DNA of 64,000 bases from an uncultured virus (IMG/VR IMGVR_UViG_3300034279_001265) (Duplodnaviria > Heunggongvirae > Uroviricota > Caudoviricetes). The position numbers and the translations under genes were made by a program. This document shows positions 26,989 to 38,024 of the stretch, one piece after another; the stretch's first letter is position 1; each line of letters opens with the position of its first letter. The notes beneath the pieces were generated by a model. The model saw only the letters and a program-made list of their open reading frames with translations. It searched no databases and was not told the origin of the DNA. The stretch lies in the IMG/VR virus record IMGVR_UViG_3300034279_001265; one strand, written 5' to 3'.

Positions 26989-29634
26989 TTAACGTTGTTG
27001 GTTAGTAAATTCCTCATACTTAGTTGTGCTCATAGTGTAATTGGCATCTATTTCAGCAATAAACTTTAGCACAGCATCAATAGACTCTACGTTGCCAGGT
27101 TGATAAGGCATACGCTCTGTCATTTGTTCTATTCTTTTAGTCTTTGGGTTTATATATTCAAAGTTGACCATAATTTCTGGCTGTCCATTTTTGCCAACCA
27201 CACCTTGTGCAGTCCAGTCAAAACCTCTTTTACTAGAATGAGCAGGCGCCATTACTGTAGCAGAAGGATTATTAAGGAATGGTGTTAACACACCTAATGA
27301 TGTGGTGTTTGCTGTATTAACATTAACATACTTTTCAAAACGACCATATGCACCTCTAGAAGATTGAATGGTTTCATAAGGAATAGCCACTGTCAAACTT
27401 TGAGTACCTTTACTTACACCAAGTCTCTTAGCAAGTTCACCTTGCTGGCTGACATTAAGTTGTACTTTTACTTGGCGATTAACCGCATCAAACAATACAT
27501 CTGCTTCATTACCAAAAAGTTTTGCTAAATCAGCAGTATTCATGTTCTTGAATAATTCAGGATTAATAGTATTGCCATCAGAAGCTACTACACTAGAAGC
27601 GCCATAAGGATTTCTTAAAAGCAAATCAACCTCTGCAGCAGAAAGTTTTGTGTAGTTGTAACGATTTAGAACAGGATTTTCACGATTTTTAAAACCAGAA
27701 ATCATATTTCTAAGATTAGCTTTACCTGCTTCACTTACAGCACTCAAGTCAATATCTTTAATTTGACCACCGGCACCACTGCGTACTACAGCACCTTTAT
27801 AGATGCTTTTAATACTTCCATCAGGATTAAATATTTCTTCAGCTACGCGATTGATGTCCTGTTCAAGCTTTTCATTTTGCATTGTAATACCTTGAAAAGC
27901 ACGCATGCTTTTGCGAAATGACTCCATGTAAGGATTAAGCTTAGAAGTTTTCTGTGCACGAACATACTTGTCCAGTTGTTCTGTAGCTGCATTGTAGGTT
28001 AAACCTGCAAAACTTTCAAGTAGTGCATTAGCTGTACGCGCACTGTTAGGAACACCAATCTTTACACCTACCATTTTGCCATATTCTTGCAAATTAGTCA
28101 CGTCTTGTTGTGTAAGTTTTACATTTTGTCCGGCACCCATATTTTTGAGTTTTGCAATGCTAGAGTAAAACCTACTGTACTCATTAGGATTATTTACTAC
28201 AAGTTTCATTAACCCATTTTCTGAGTTAAATGCTGCAAGATATGCCTGATCGCGATTTTCTGCAGTAGACTGACTTAACATATCAGCAGCATAAAGCGGC
28301 TTGTCTGCTACAGCACTTCCTACAAATGTTTCACCAGGAAGTTTGCCATCGGCTTTAAGTTCAAGCATTTTTAACTCATTGGCCATACCTGTTTTTTGCA
28401 TGTCCCACTGAAGCTTTCGTTCCTGCATAGCAAGATTGTTTGAAGCAACACGCTCACGTGAGGCAATGTTTGCCTTAGTAGCCCATGTAGTGTCAGGACG
28501 CATTTCAACAGACTGTTTGGCAGTAGCATATGTCTGTGCAAAAGAAAGCGCTGTCTGCTCTTTAGCAGCTCTAGAAAAAATGCTATACAAATTAGATGCC
28601 ACATACTGAGCACCCTCTGTTTGCAATTTACCTACTTCACTGCGTGAGTTTTCAAGTTCTACGTTATACTGATCACGCGCTTCTATCAGTTTTTGGTACT
28701 CTTCTGCAATCTCTGGTTTTGTAGGAGGAAAGCCATTTGGATATTCTTTTTCAAAAAACTTAATTTCACTTTCTAGTTTTGTAAGTTCTTTGTCTGCAGT
28801 AATGCCTTTGGTAGATTCTTGAACATTGATCTGTGGTACTAGTTTGCTGGATATAGTTCTTACAGCTTCGTCCCTGGACACACCCATGGTCTGCATTGTA
28901 TTTCGTATAGCACTCTCAGCGTTTACTCTTCCCATAACTCCAAATTGCCTGTCAAAACGCTGACCCATTACAGATGCTGCCCAATTGTTAAAAATAGGAA
29001 CAGCACCTATGCCGTTTGTACGCTTAAGCATGTATCCTCTTCCATCAGGACCGCTTTGTGTAATCTCTAATCCTTGTTTTTTGGCTTCTGTTCTTAAATA
29101 CTCTTGCACATCCTCAAAAGGTGTGAACTCTCTTGGTTGCACCTGGCGAATACTTCCATCACCGCGTTTAGCGTTGGCAAGATCTTCTTCTGCAAACTGA
29201 ATGTCCATACGTGAAATGTCATTATACAAAGCACGCATCTTAGGGTCTGTAGAGTTACGGTAAGTTTCCATTATCTGCTTCTGTTTGGCATGATACTTTG
29301 TAACAGCCATATCATAAGCAACATCCTCGTCTTTACTTATAGGATCAATTAAAGTTTGAGCGCGCATTACATTTGATGGATTTGACAAATCCACATTAGA
29401 CATGCTTTTCAAAGAACCTTGTAGTTTCTTAAAAGCTTCTTGTCTAAAATTTTGATTATCACTATTTGTAAGCGGACTGTTTAGTACAGAACTGTACAGT
29501 GACTTGACCATGTTAAACCCACGATCGTATTGCGCCTGCTTGGTACCATAAACCTGAGTTAAAAACTGATAGTCAGGTCTGTACAGCTGAAGCGCACCAA
29601 ATTGATCAGTTACGCCTTTTATAAAAGTTGCCAT
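26989..29634 (-). CDS. Putative virion cargo/ejection protein (881 aa)
   Basis: Long helical ORF with no Cys seen, in the cargo block; N-terminal YRPDYQFL...KQAQYDRG. Confidence 0.65.
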   Translation of the reverse strand: MATFIKGVTDQFGALQLYRPDYQFLTQVYGTKQAQYDRGFNMVKSLYSSVLNSPLTNSDNQNFRQEAFKKLQGSLKSMSNVDLSNPSNVMRAQTLIDPISKDEDVAYDMAVTKYHAKQKQIMETYRNSTDPKMRALYNDISRMDIQFAEEDLANAKRGDGSIRQVQPREFTPFEDVQEYLRTEAKKQGLEITQSGPDGRGYMLKRTNGIGAVPIFNNWAASVMGQRFDRQFGVMGRVNAESAIRNTMQTMGVSRDEAVRTISSKLVPQINVQESTKGITADKELTKLESEIKFFEKEYPNGFPPTKPEIAEEYQKLIEARDQYNVELENSRSEVGKLQTEGAQYVASNLYSIFSRAAKEQTALSFAQTYATAKQSVEMRPDTTWATKANIASRERVASNNLAMQERKLQWDMQKTGMANELKMLELKADGKLPGETFVGSAVADKPLYAADMLSQSTAENRDQAYLAAFNSENGLMKLVVNNPNEYSRFYSSIAKLKNMGAGQNVKLTQQDVTNLQEYGKMVGVKIGVPNSARTANALLESFAGLTYNAATEQLDKYVRAQKTSKLNPYMESFRKSMRAFQGITMQNEKLEQDINRVAEEIFNPDGSIKSIYKGAVVRSGAGGQIKDIDLSAVSEAGKANLRNMISGFKNRENPVLNRYNYTKLSAAEVDLLLRNPYGASSVVASDGNTINPELFKNMNTADLAKLFGNEADVLFDAVNRQVKVQLNVSQQGELAKRLGVSKGTQSLTVAIPYETIQSSRGAYGRFEKYVNVNTANTTSLGVLTPFLNNPSATVMAPAHSSKRGFDWTAQGVVGKNGQPEIMVNFEYINPKTKRIEQMTERMPYQPGNVESIDAVLKFIAEIDANYTMSTTKYEEFTNQQR

Positions 29635-29655
29635 GTAAAATCTGTGCTTTAAGTT

Positions 29656-32600
29656 TTAGTCAAGTTCCACCCAGGGCAAATACATCTCACCACCATATTC
29701 GCGTAATGGAACAGGTAATGTCAGTCCTTGTGCAGACATTTGATTGAATTGTTGACGAGGAGTAATTCCCATGACTTGTCTTTGCTGAGCTGACATCATT
29801 TGATTTACAGAGTTAGTAGCATAGCGCTTAGCTTCTTGATCTCCCATAGTTCCTCTAGCTTCTTGATAAATTTGGTTCCACTGGTCAACATTTGCTATAG
29901 GGTTCATAGCTACCTGGCGTGACATGTCTGCATACGCTGGTGAGTAAGTGTCAGGACCAAGAGCATCACGACTCTGACCAGAAAAATCTGCATTACCTGT
30001 GATAGGATCAATGTATACTTGAGGAAACAATACTTGTTCCATTTGTTTTTTGCGAAACCAGTTAGTAGTGCCGTTGTTGAACGCTGCAATTTGACGCCAC
30101 TTCTTTTGCTGTTCTGCATTATCCATCTGCTGATTCAACGTGGCCATGTCTTCTACATATTTCTGACGACCAGTTTCATTAGCAACAGCTTCCTGATTGT
30201 TGATCTGGGCATTAGTCATGTAAGCTTGGTTGACAATACCTACATTGCGGTTTTCTGTATCTGCAAGTACATTAGCTGCATTAGCAAAACCTTGACCTGA
30301 TGCACCTAACATAGAAGCCAATGCTACATTACCATCAGTTGTGTTCATTGCTTGTTCTTGCAAACGAGCCATTTGCTCTTGATTAGCAGCAAGTTGACGT
30401 GTAGGATCAAGAACTGTGTAACCAGGTGTCTGTAATTCTACTCTTCCTTGAGTAGGTTCATAGCGGTTTACCCTATCAGTAAGTGTTCCTGTAAAGTTTA
30501 CAATATCTTGTAACCACCATGGTCCTTGTTTGCGAGGTTGTGCAGGTGCGGCTTCTCCTACAGCAATGTTAACTGGTTTCTTAGGTTCTTCTTTAGGAGT
30601 TTCTTTATTAGCTTGCTCTACAGGTGCATCAAAAAAACGCGGAACAGAATAGGTTACTTGACCAAACTTACTGTCACGTTTGTAAGGTGAGTTATTAGCA
30701 CTACTTGCATCAGCAAAATAGGGAACCCCAAATTGCTGCATGCTTTTTTCATTAATCTTATCCTGAAACCAACCTGCAGCTTTGTCACCGGTTTCTTGAC
30801 CAGCAATCAAATCTTTTTTGTACTGCTCAAAACCACCAGCATACTCTTTGTCTACCCAATCACCATGGCGATCTTTAAAATCCTGCCATTCTTTTTCAGA
30901 AAGATTACCACTATTACGTGCTGCAGCATTACCAGAAGACATGTATATCCCTGTATTACCCATTCTAGGTTGATTACCAAAAGAACCAAAGTTTGTTTCA
31001 GTGTAACGCACATTGGGTGTTTTGGCAAGCAACTGATTTATGTTTTGAGAACCATATTGTGAAAACTGCGTGTCTGTTCTGGTACCAGACATAATAATCT
31101 TTCCATTGACATCTTTAATGTATTTCTGGTCACCTTTGTAAAAACGATAAAAAGTCTCACCGTCCTTTGTGTACTGACCCATTGCAATTTCTTGGTTAGG
31201 ATCAATGCGTTGATTAGGTGTGTTCTGTACTTCCGGCTGATTTGCAGCAGTTGTAGTCGTACTACCTGTCTGTCCAGCATCTTGATATTGATTCAATACA
31301 AAACCTCCTGTTCTAAAAGAATTAAATGCTTCATATGCAGCATCTGACACGCCAGCGGGCTTAGCAACTTTTGTTTTAGGTGCTGAAGATGCGGGGATTG
31401 CAGTATTTTTAGGTGCAGTAGCTTGAGTATTTGTGTTAGTTACTGCAGAAGCAGAAGTAGACTTGGGTTCTTCAATTTTAGTAGTTCCTCCAGGAACGTC
31501 AGCACCAGGCGCCTGATTTTGAGAACCAGAATTTGCAATACTTACAAAATCAAATGTATTGTTTTTTACAGATCTGCTAATAAAATCATTGCTTAAATTT
31601 TTAGCAGTACCTACACGTTTTCCATTTTTGTCAATTTCAAAAACTTTAACAGCAGGTGTGTAACTATTACCAGGACTTACTTCTGTAAATATTCCAGTAG
31701 TTGGACTTGACATGTATGTTCCTCGAGCAGAACTTACATTTGCTGCAAAAGGATCTTCAACTTCATAAAGCTTTCCGTCAGCATAAAACTTACTTCCTTT
31801 TGCAAAACGTTGACCGGCTATTGTTTCTTCATTTGAATCATAATAACTTTTGCCTTCTTGTGAACTTGTTACAAACGCACGATTTACACGACCTTCTTTA
31901 TATCCCAAGTCAACAGGTTTACCTGAATCAATTCTTTTTTTAAGGTCTTTTGAGTTAGTCTTGTAATATCTACCATCTTCTGATTTAAAAGTTACAATAT
32001 CCCCTGTACCCCAAAAATCAGCATCTTCATGCTTTTGATAAGTAAAAGGCACATTGTTAATGTAAATAGTAGTTTGAGGAGTATACTTTAGATTAAACCC
32101 ACCCTCTTGAAGTTTTTTTACACCACCATACTTTGCATCTGACATCTCAGCTTCACCTTCTGGTTGCAGTCCTGCCATTACTGAATCAGCAATTGCAGGA
32201 ACACCATCAGGAAAACCTTTCATAGACTCTTGTACAAGAGCTAGCATACCCAGCTTTTCCATATTGTTAGCAAGCATCTGCGTAGCAGAACGCTTTGTAA
32301 TTGCGTCAGCGTCAGGGTTTTTTAGATCCTGGATATACTGGTTAATCTGATAACGCTTAGCAATTTCAGCAGGTGTGTATCCTCCTGCTTTACCACCCAT
32401 TCCAAATACTTCTTTGAGAATCTCTTTATCTTTAATCTTGAGTTTCTTAGTATCTGAAAAAATAAATGATCCTTCAGGAATGTTTACAGGCATCCCTCCG
32501 TTTGAATGACGTTTGCCTACAAAAGTCATATGCTCAAGAAATCCATCGCGATTAACATCACCCACCACTGTTTCACCACCCTCTACCTCAATATTTGCTT

Positions 32601-32742
32601 CTTCTATGGGTACTGCACCCATAGTATTTTTTACAGGAGCATTGGTATTACCCTCACCAATATAATGTACTTGCCTGTGTACCAATGAGTAATCTCTTTG
32701 GTCTCCAGTTTTAGGTGACTTTGTTATCCTTATATTTTTCAT
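29656..32742 (-). CDS. Putative cargo protein (1028 aa) with x-x-x-G-G motifs
   Basis: N-terminal NIEVEGGETV...GKRHSNGG...FIFSD module; low-complexity linkers; Gln/Asn/Ala-rich C-terminal helical region. Confidence 0.65.
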   Translation of the reverse strand: MKNIRITKSPKTGDQRDYSLVHRQVHYIGEGNTNAPVKNTMGAVPIEEANIEVEGGETVVGDVNRDGFLEHMTFVGKRHSNGGMPVNIPEGSFIFSDTKKLKIKDKEILKEVFGMGGKAGGYTPAEIAKRYQINQYIQDLKNPDADAITKRSATQMLANNMEKLGMLALVQESMKGFPDGVPAIADSVMAGLQPEGEAEMSDAKYGGVKKLQEGGFNLKYTPQTTIYINNVPFTYQKHEDADFWGTGDIVTFKSEDGRYYKTNSKDLKKRIDSGKPVDLGYKEGRVNRAFVTSSQEGKSYYDSNEETIAGQRFAKGSKFYADGKLYEVEDPFAANVSSARGTYMSSPTTGIFTEVSPGNSYTPAVKVFEIDKNGKRVGTAKNLSNDFISRSVKNNTFDFVSIANSGSQNQAPGADVPGGTTKIEEPKSTSASAVTNTNTQATAPKNTAIPASSAPKTKVAKPAGVSDAAYEAFNSFRTGGFVLNQYQDAGQTGSTTTTAANQPEVQNTPNQRIDPNQEIAMGQYTKDGETFYRFYKGDQKYIKDVNGKIIMSGTRTDTQFSQYGSQNINQLLAKTPNVRYTETNFGSFGNQPRMGNTGIYMSSGNAAARNSGNLSEKEWQDFKDRHGDWVDKEYAGGFEQYKKDLIAGQETGDKAAGWFQDKINEKSMQQFGVPYFADASSANNSPYKRDSKFGQVTYSVPRFFDAPVEQANKETPKEEPKKPVNIAVGEAAPAQPRKQGPWWLQDIVNFTGTLTDRVNRYEPTQGRVELQTPGYTVLDPTRQLAANQEQMARLQEQAMNTTDGNVALASMLGASGQGFANAANVLADTENRNVGIVNQAYMTNAQINNQEAVANETGRQKYVEDMATLNQQMDNAEQQKKWRQIAAFNNGTTNWFRKKQMEQVLFPQVYIDPITGNADFSGQSRDALGPDTYSPAYADMSRQVAMNPIANVDQWNQIYQEARGTMGDQEAKRYATNSVNQMMSAQQRQVMGITPRQQFNQMSAQGLTLPVPLREYGGEMYLPWVELD

Positions 32743-32776
32743 AATAAACTTCTGAAGTTTAAACTTGTGTGACCTT

Positions 32777-32801
32777 AAACCTCCTACATTTAGAATTTAC
32801 G
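32777..32801 (-). promoter_or_regulatory. Repeated upstream motif (candidate phage late promoter)
   Basis: Minus strand CGTAAATTCTAAATGTAGGAGGTTT, nearly identical to the motif at 50662-50684; intergenic, upstream of the 1028-aa gene. Confidence 0.5.
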
Positions 32802-32848
32802 AATTTAATTCTGTTTTTCCTAACATGCAAGACTTAAAAATACAATGT

Positions 32849-35095
32849 TTAGTTTATGTATTCTATCTGACCACCATTGGCCAAAATAGCTTCAATTTCA
32901 TCTTCTGAAAGATAGTATTCTCCACCTTCTTCATAAAATTTTGTTCCACCGTATTTTGCAGATGCCATACTTGTACCAAAATCTTGAATAGGTGTGTTAG
33001 CAATTAACGCAAAATTACTACCAGGACCAGCATTCAATGTGTAGTTTCCAAAAGGATTAACAGCATTTGATGCGTTATACCGGTTGTCAGTATTTCCTGT
33101 TCTACGCAACATCTCTTCATATTCTTTAGCATAATCACGTTCACTAAGAACATCATTTAACATTCCCAAGCCCGCAATAGCATTATTAGCAGCAAGTTGT
33201 CCAAACGGATCACCATATGTTGTTTGTAGAACCTGTGGCATTTGCAAGTTCTGTGGCGTTTGCAAATAAGGATTTGCAGTTTTAATCTGTGGTTCAGGTA
33301 CTGGAACCTGAACAACTTGACGCACCGGCATTTTAGATAATTGCGGCGTTACAGGAACATTTGCCAAAGGATTAGCGACTATTGACGGAGTTCTCTGAAG
33401 TTGGTTAAACATGTTACGAGGCGCAACTTGAGGTAGTATAGGTTGAAGAGCCGGTGCGGCAGGTCTAGATACTTCTGAAACTGACAACGGTGTCATAGGT
33501 GTTACAGAACTTGTTCTTGGTGATTGTCCTTCAGGAGTACTCATGTTTAAAGAACCTATAAAAGAATTTAAGTAGTTCTGATAACCTGCAATATCATTAC
33601 GTCTAAATACAGGGTTTTCTGCAGCCCATTCTTGAAATGTTTTAGCTTTTTGACCACCTGCTTGATATTTTACAGTTTGACTATAAGGATTATTGTTTAC
33701 ACCAAGTAGTTTACTGTAACCTAACCCTGCACCAGAAAGACCCGCAGCAGCTCCAGCAATGCCTTTAAGTGTGCCTAAAAATCCTCTATTGGGCAATGCC
33801 CACATCATGTTGCGAGGATCAGCCAACGTATTTGCAGTCATAAGACTTTTGTTCAACGCATTTGGAGCAAGATTTGCAAGAGTATTCTCATAATTTGCAG
33901 TTATTGCACCACCCTCTGCCCAGGTCCCAAAACGCTTGTGCCAATACAATGGAGAAAATGGATCTTTTGCTTTTGAAGAATCTCTACCACCCATGCGATC
34001 CCAAAAACGCTCTTTGCGTTTAGGATTGCGATGTTGTGTAAAATCTTTCATTCCCTTCCAACCACCATGTACCACTTTGTACTGATCACCTTTCTTTGCA
34101 AGCACCATCCACTTTTTACCAGGACGCGTTGACTTTCGTTTAGCACCTACTCTTGTGAAACCCATAGTACGGTAACGCTGAGGAATACCACCGCCGTCTT
34201 TATACTGGGTCAAATCATAAATTTCACCACCAAGTTCTCTAGCAAAGTTTTTAGCAAAGTTTGCTTTCTTTACCATAGCAGGTGAGTACTTTTCTTTATG
34301 ACGCAAAATGTAGTCTGCAGCTTCCTGTACGCTCATACCCATTCTAGTAGCCTGTGCTTTGAAAGTGCCTTTTTTAGCAGGATTAATTTTGATAGAACCA
34401 CCCTTACGCATTTTTTCTGCAGAATCTATAGAATAAAGTTCTTCATCATCTTCTGCTATTTGCTCCTGCATCATTTGATCTTCTTGGTCTTCAAACTCCT
34501 GCATTTCATCATTGTTCATAGGAACATCTTCTTCTTCCATATCTGTCTCTTCAAGACCTTCCATGGCTTCTTCTAAGATGTCTAGAGCATAGTCTTCTTC
34601 CACACCGTTTTCTATGAGCATGCCATAAATCTCGTTAGGATCATCGCCCTGCATAATCATCTTTGAAATCTCACCAATTGCAGCATTCAAGTCAGGTTGT
34701 TCCTGACCACTCTGATACATTTGGTCATTTTCTCCACCCTCCTGGTAAAACATCTCCATTGGGTTTACACTGTATTCTGCAATAGGACCACCTTGAGACA
34801 TCTGTCCACCGCATTCCATGCAACCACCCATTTCTGCTTTGCGCCATCCACCACCACGCTCTTTGTACCACTTGGCAGCAAAACCATTCGCGTAGGCTGA
34901 AGGGTACACATCGTACTTTTGTTTTGCAGCAGCTTTTGCTCTGCTCCACAATTCTGGATTGGTGGGCACATTGCCACCATCCTTCATCATGTTTGCTTCA
35001 GGATATGCTGCAAAGAATGACGCTTCAGTAGGATACTTTTCGTAAAACTCTTTTTCAGAATTTACACCAGCTATTTTTAGAAATTGTGTTTTCAT
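32849..35095 (-). CDS. Modular cargo/internal protein (748 aa): small basic modules separated by GG motifs
   Basis: Basic modules (PTNPELWSRAK...YPSAYANG; IKINPAKKGTF...ANFAKN; STRPGKKWMVLAKKGD...PLYW), an acidic tract and a Pro/Gln tract, delimited by about a dozen x-x-x-G-G motifs. Confidence 0.7.
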   Translation of the reverse strand: MKTQFLKIAGVNSEKEFYEKYPTEASFFAAYPEANMMKDGGNVPTNPELWSRAKAAAKQKYDVYPSAYANGFAAKWYKERGGGWRKAEMGGCMECGGQMSQGGPIAEYSVNPMEMFYQEGGENDQMYQSGQEQPDLNAAIGEISKMIMQGDDPNEIYGMLIENGVEEDYALDILEEAMEGLEETDMEEEDVPMNNDEMQEFEDQEDQMMQEQIAEDDEELYSIDSAEKMRKGGSIKINPAKKGTFKAQATRMGMSVQEAADYILRHKEKYSPAMVKKANFAKNFARELGGEIYDLTQYKDGGGIPQRYRTMGFTRVGAKRKSTRPGKKWMVLAKKGDQYKVVHGGWKGMKDFTQHRNPKRKERFWDRMGGRDSSKAKDPFSPLYWHKRFGTWAEGGAITANYENTLANLAPNALNKSLMTANTLADPRNMMWALPNRGFLGTLKGIAGAAAGLSGAGLGYSKLLGVNNNPYSQTVKYQAGGQKAKTFQEWAAENPVFRRNDIAGYQNYLNSFIGSLNMSTPEGQSPRTSSVTPMTPLSVSEVSRPAAPALQPILPQVAPRNMFNQLQRTPSIVANPLANVPVTPQLSKMPVRQVVQVPVPEPQIKTANPYLQTPQNLQMPQVLQTTYGDPFGQLAANNAIAGLGMLNDVLSERDYAKEYEEMLRRTGNTDNRYNASNAVNPFGNYTLNAGPGSNFALIANTPIQDFGTSMASAKYGGTKFYEEGGEYYLSEDEIEAILANGGQIEYIN

Positions 35096-35096
35096 C

Positions 35097-38024
35097 TTAG
35101 TCGTTATAGTTGTCTAGCCAGTTTGTCTGACCACCTGTTTGACGTTTATTAGTAGCTTCTTTAAAATTAAGATAGCTTGCATTTTGTTTTACACGATCGC
35201 CATAATTTCCACGTCTATTCCATTTACTTGGCAAGTGTGACCAAATATCGCGTTTTTGATTATCTGTTAACTGCTGATTATATCTTACACCTAACAATGC
35301 AACAGTTCCTATTGCTGCTTTTTCCGGATCCATAAAATCCATGTTTGATGTAATACCTAAAGACTTTAGAACCTGTTTTTCATCTTCATTCAAATAGTTC
35401 CATCGTATTTGTGTCAAACCAACACTTCTAGACTCTTCGTTTGCACCATAAGTAGTAGCTTTTGACTTGTAGTCTGGCGAACTTGAGTTTTTAGAATCTA
35501 TAAATTTAGCACTAGCTCTTGCAATATTTCCAACAGCACTGTGAGTATCTCCAAAATTAGATTCTGTACCATAAATGCCAAATGCCATTTGCGCAAGTTC
35601 ATTATATACATCTGAAGGAATTTTTGCATTTTTCATAATGCTTTGTTTGTTTTTTACTAAAGCATTGTAAAAAGGTTTTGTTGTTTGCTGATATTCTTTT
35701 TCATCATTTAAATCATTCCAAGAAAATACTTTTTCTTTAAATTTCTTTTCATCAAAAACAGCTTTTATAGGACTATATGAAAGTGTATTAACACTTTGAT
35801 TTGCTCCTTGCCCTTTTTGTACTTTTCCTGCAGCATCAACGTAACTATTGTATTTGGCGCGATTTTGAGCAGATACCTTAAGAACAGGTTTTCCATCTAC
35901 AATCTGAAAACGATTTCCTTCATCTTCAGGTAAAACATAAACAGGTGTCTCAATGTCTACATGCTTTTGTAAATCTTTTAAATCAAAACATTTTCCATTA
36001 ATGCAACCATAGCTCATTCTGTTATCTTCCACATTATCATTGTCAAATCTTGACCTTCTTCCTGTAGGTGTTCCGTGAATAGTAGTTGAAACCTCTATGC
36101 CACTGTCGTTTTTCAAATTAAAAGACGGAAGGCCATAATATGCCTTACTTGCGGGATCAATGTTTGAGATAGTGTATGCACCAGCTCCTGTTGATTTGTT
36201 GCCAGCACTCCAATCAGCTTTACCATTAACTACTTTTGTTACAGTTTGAGCATCTCCAGGATTTGCACCTACACCCACTTCATAGGTTTTCACAACCTTA
36301 TCTCCTTTATAGACTTTCATTTGTGCGTTTTTCTTGTCTACAACAAGATATGTTTGTTCAGGTTTGTCGCTATAAAATCCTGTTATTAGTTGCTCATCAG
36401 GTAAATTGTTAAGCATGTCAAGATTTTTCTTTTTTTCACTCCAATCAACATATTCAGTACTACCTGTTTGCGCATTGTTTACAGATGAACCTTGAGGAAT
36501 GACAAGTTTTTGGTCAATGCCTATAATGTTTGGATTCTTTATGTTGTTGGCCTGAACAATTTTGTTGACTGTAGTTTTGTTTTCAGCGGCAATTTTGCTC
36601 AAAGTATCACCTTTTTTTACAGTATAAGTGGCGCCACCTTCATCATAATTATTTAACCAGTTCTTTGCTTCATTAAGCGTAGGAAGATCAATTTTTGTAA
36701 AAGGACTATCTTGCATCTCCATATACTTACGGAGAGTTTGTAAGTTTGACTTTACAACAGGTGCTAATGCACTTTTTGCAAGACCTGCTGAAAAACCTCC
36801 TACTACAGATTCTACTGCGGGAACATAGTCTACGTTGCCGGCAGCAGGTGGACCAAAAAGTTGGTCAACCTTCTGTCTGTTTTCCTTTGTGTTCTCGTAC
36901 TTGTCAAGCCACTCTCCACCATTCTGCTTACGCTTATGCTGATAAGAGATTCTTTCACTTGAAGTTTTAGAACGCTTAAACTTTTCTTTTTCTGCACTGC
37001 TTAGTTCAGACGTTGTTTTGGGTGTGTCTTCTGAAATGCGTTTTGAAGGTCTGCATGCAGGATAACCCGCGCGCTTTTCACCTTCTTGTCTTCCACACTC
37101 TTTACCTGTTTTGACATCTACCCATTTTTCAGCAAACCATCTATCTAAGCCACCATGCTTACCACCACTTTGTTTTTTAACTAACTTTGTTTTAGCTAAC
37201 TCAAGTATTTGATTGTAGTCACCACCTGCATTTTCCCAATTGTCTTCAACAAATTTTGTAAAAGTGTTGTTGTCTACGCCATAAGTTTTTGCAGCGTCAT
37301 AAAGTCCTGGCAAGTTAAAACTACGTGCATACCATTTTGAGTCAGGTTTTTCACCACTTGACATAATTTGTTTGCCTACCTGAGTAGCAATAGACTCACC
37401 TGTTCCAAAATTTGCACCTTTAACCAGTCTGACAAAAGGTATCAGTCTATCTTCTAATGCATTAATACTATATTTTGTAGGATTTTCTTGAAGTGCATTT
37501 ATACCAGCATCTCCAATCCATCCCAAAGGAACTTTTGCAAACTCACTTAGTGCTGTCCAAGGTCTTCCTTGATTCAGCGCTTTGGCACCCATCATAACAC
37601 TTCCGTATGGTATTTGATCAATAACTGTCTCTGTGGAAACATTTTTAAAAAAAGGAAATATGTCAGTAGGATTTTCTGCTTTTTGTTTTGCAATACGTTT
37701 TTGAGAAACAATCCTAGTGTTGTCTACTATTGGCGCAGATTGTGACAAAGCTCTTTGTCTAAGATCTTCCATAGTAAACTGGCCACCACGTTGCATCATA
37801 GGTGTTTCTACAACATAATCGCCTGGAAAAAAATACTCTCCCCCAGGCATCATAAACATTTCATTACCCAAGTTATCAACACCTTTCACAGGAAAGTCAA
37901 CATCCTGCATGGTTATTCTACCAGAAGGAATAACATTTAGTGGCCTGTTAACATCAGGACTATTGCGCTTATACCCTTGAGTGGATATAAACTTCATAAG
38001 TACATCCTTGCTATTTTTCATCAC
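35097..38024 (-). CDS. Virion-associated peptidoglycan-active protein: LysM + L,D-transpeptidase (YkuD-like) + lysozyme/SLT-like domain (975 aa)
   Basis: Lys[14 protein letters not shown]...[14 protein letters not shown]; YkuD-type LVVDK...IHGT...SYGCIN (His 36075-36077, Cys 36003-36005); C-terminal TESNFG...SVGLTQI lysozyme-like motif. Confidence 0.8.
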   Translation of the reverse strand: MMKNSKDVLMKFISTQGYKRNSPDVNRPLNVIPSGRITMQDVDFPVKGVDNLGNEMFMMPGGEYFFPGDYVVETPMMQRGGQFTMEDLRQRALSQSAPIVDNTRIVSQKRIAKQKAENPTDIFPFFKNVSTETVIDQIPYGSVMMGAKALNQGRPWTALSEFAKVPLGWIGDAGINALQENPTKYSINALEDRLIPFVRLVKGANFGTGESIATQVGKQIMSSGEKPDSKWYARSFNLPGLYDAAKTYGVDNNTFTKFVEDNWENAGGDYNQILELAKTKLVKKQSGGKHGGLDRWFAEKWVDVKTGKECGRQEGEKRAGYPACRPSKRISEDTPKTTSELSSAEKEKFKRSKTSSERISYQHKRKQNGGEWLDKYENTKENRQKVDQLFGPPAAGNVDYVPAVESVVGGFSAGLAKSALAPVVKSNLQTLRKYMEMQDSPFTKIDLPTLNEAKNWLNNYDEGGATYTVKKGDTLSKIAAENKTTVNKIVQANNIKNPNIIGIDQKLVIPQGSSVNNAQTGSTEYVDWSEKKKNLDMLNNLPDEQLITGFYSDKPEQTYLVVDKKNAQMKVYKGDKVVKTYEVGVGANPGDAQTVTKVVNGKADWSAGNKSTGAGAYTISNIDPASKAYYGLPSFNLKNDSGIEVSTTIHGTPTGRRSRFDNDNVEDNRMSYGCINGKCFDLKDLQKHVDIETPVYVLPEDEGNRFQIVDGKPVLKVSAQNRAKYNSYVDAAGKVQKGQGANQSVNTLSYSPIKAVFDEKKFKEKVFSWNDLNDEKEYQQTTKPFYNALVKNKQSIMKNAKIPSDVYNELAQMAFGIYGTESNFGDTHSAVGNIARASAKFIDSKNSSSPDYKSKATTYGANEESRSVGLTQIRWNYLNEDEKQVLKSLGITSNMDFMDPEKAAIGTVALLGVRYNQQLTDNQKRDIWSHLPSKWNRRGNYGDRVKQNASYLNFKEATNKRQTGGQTNWLDNYND

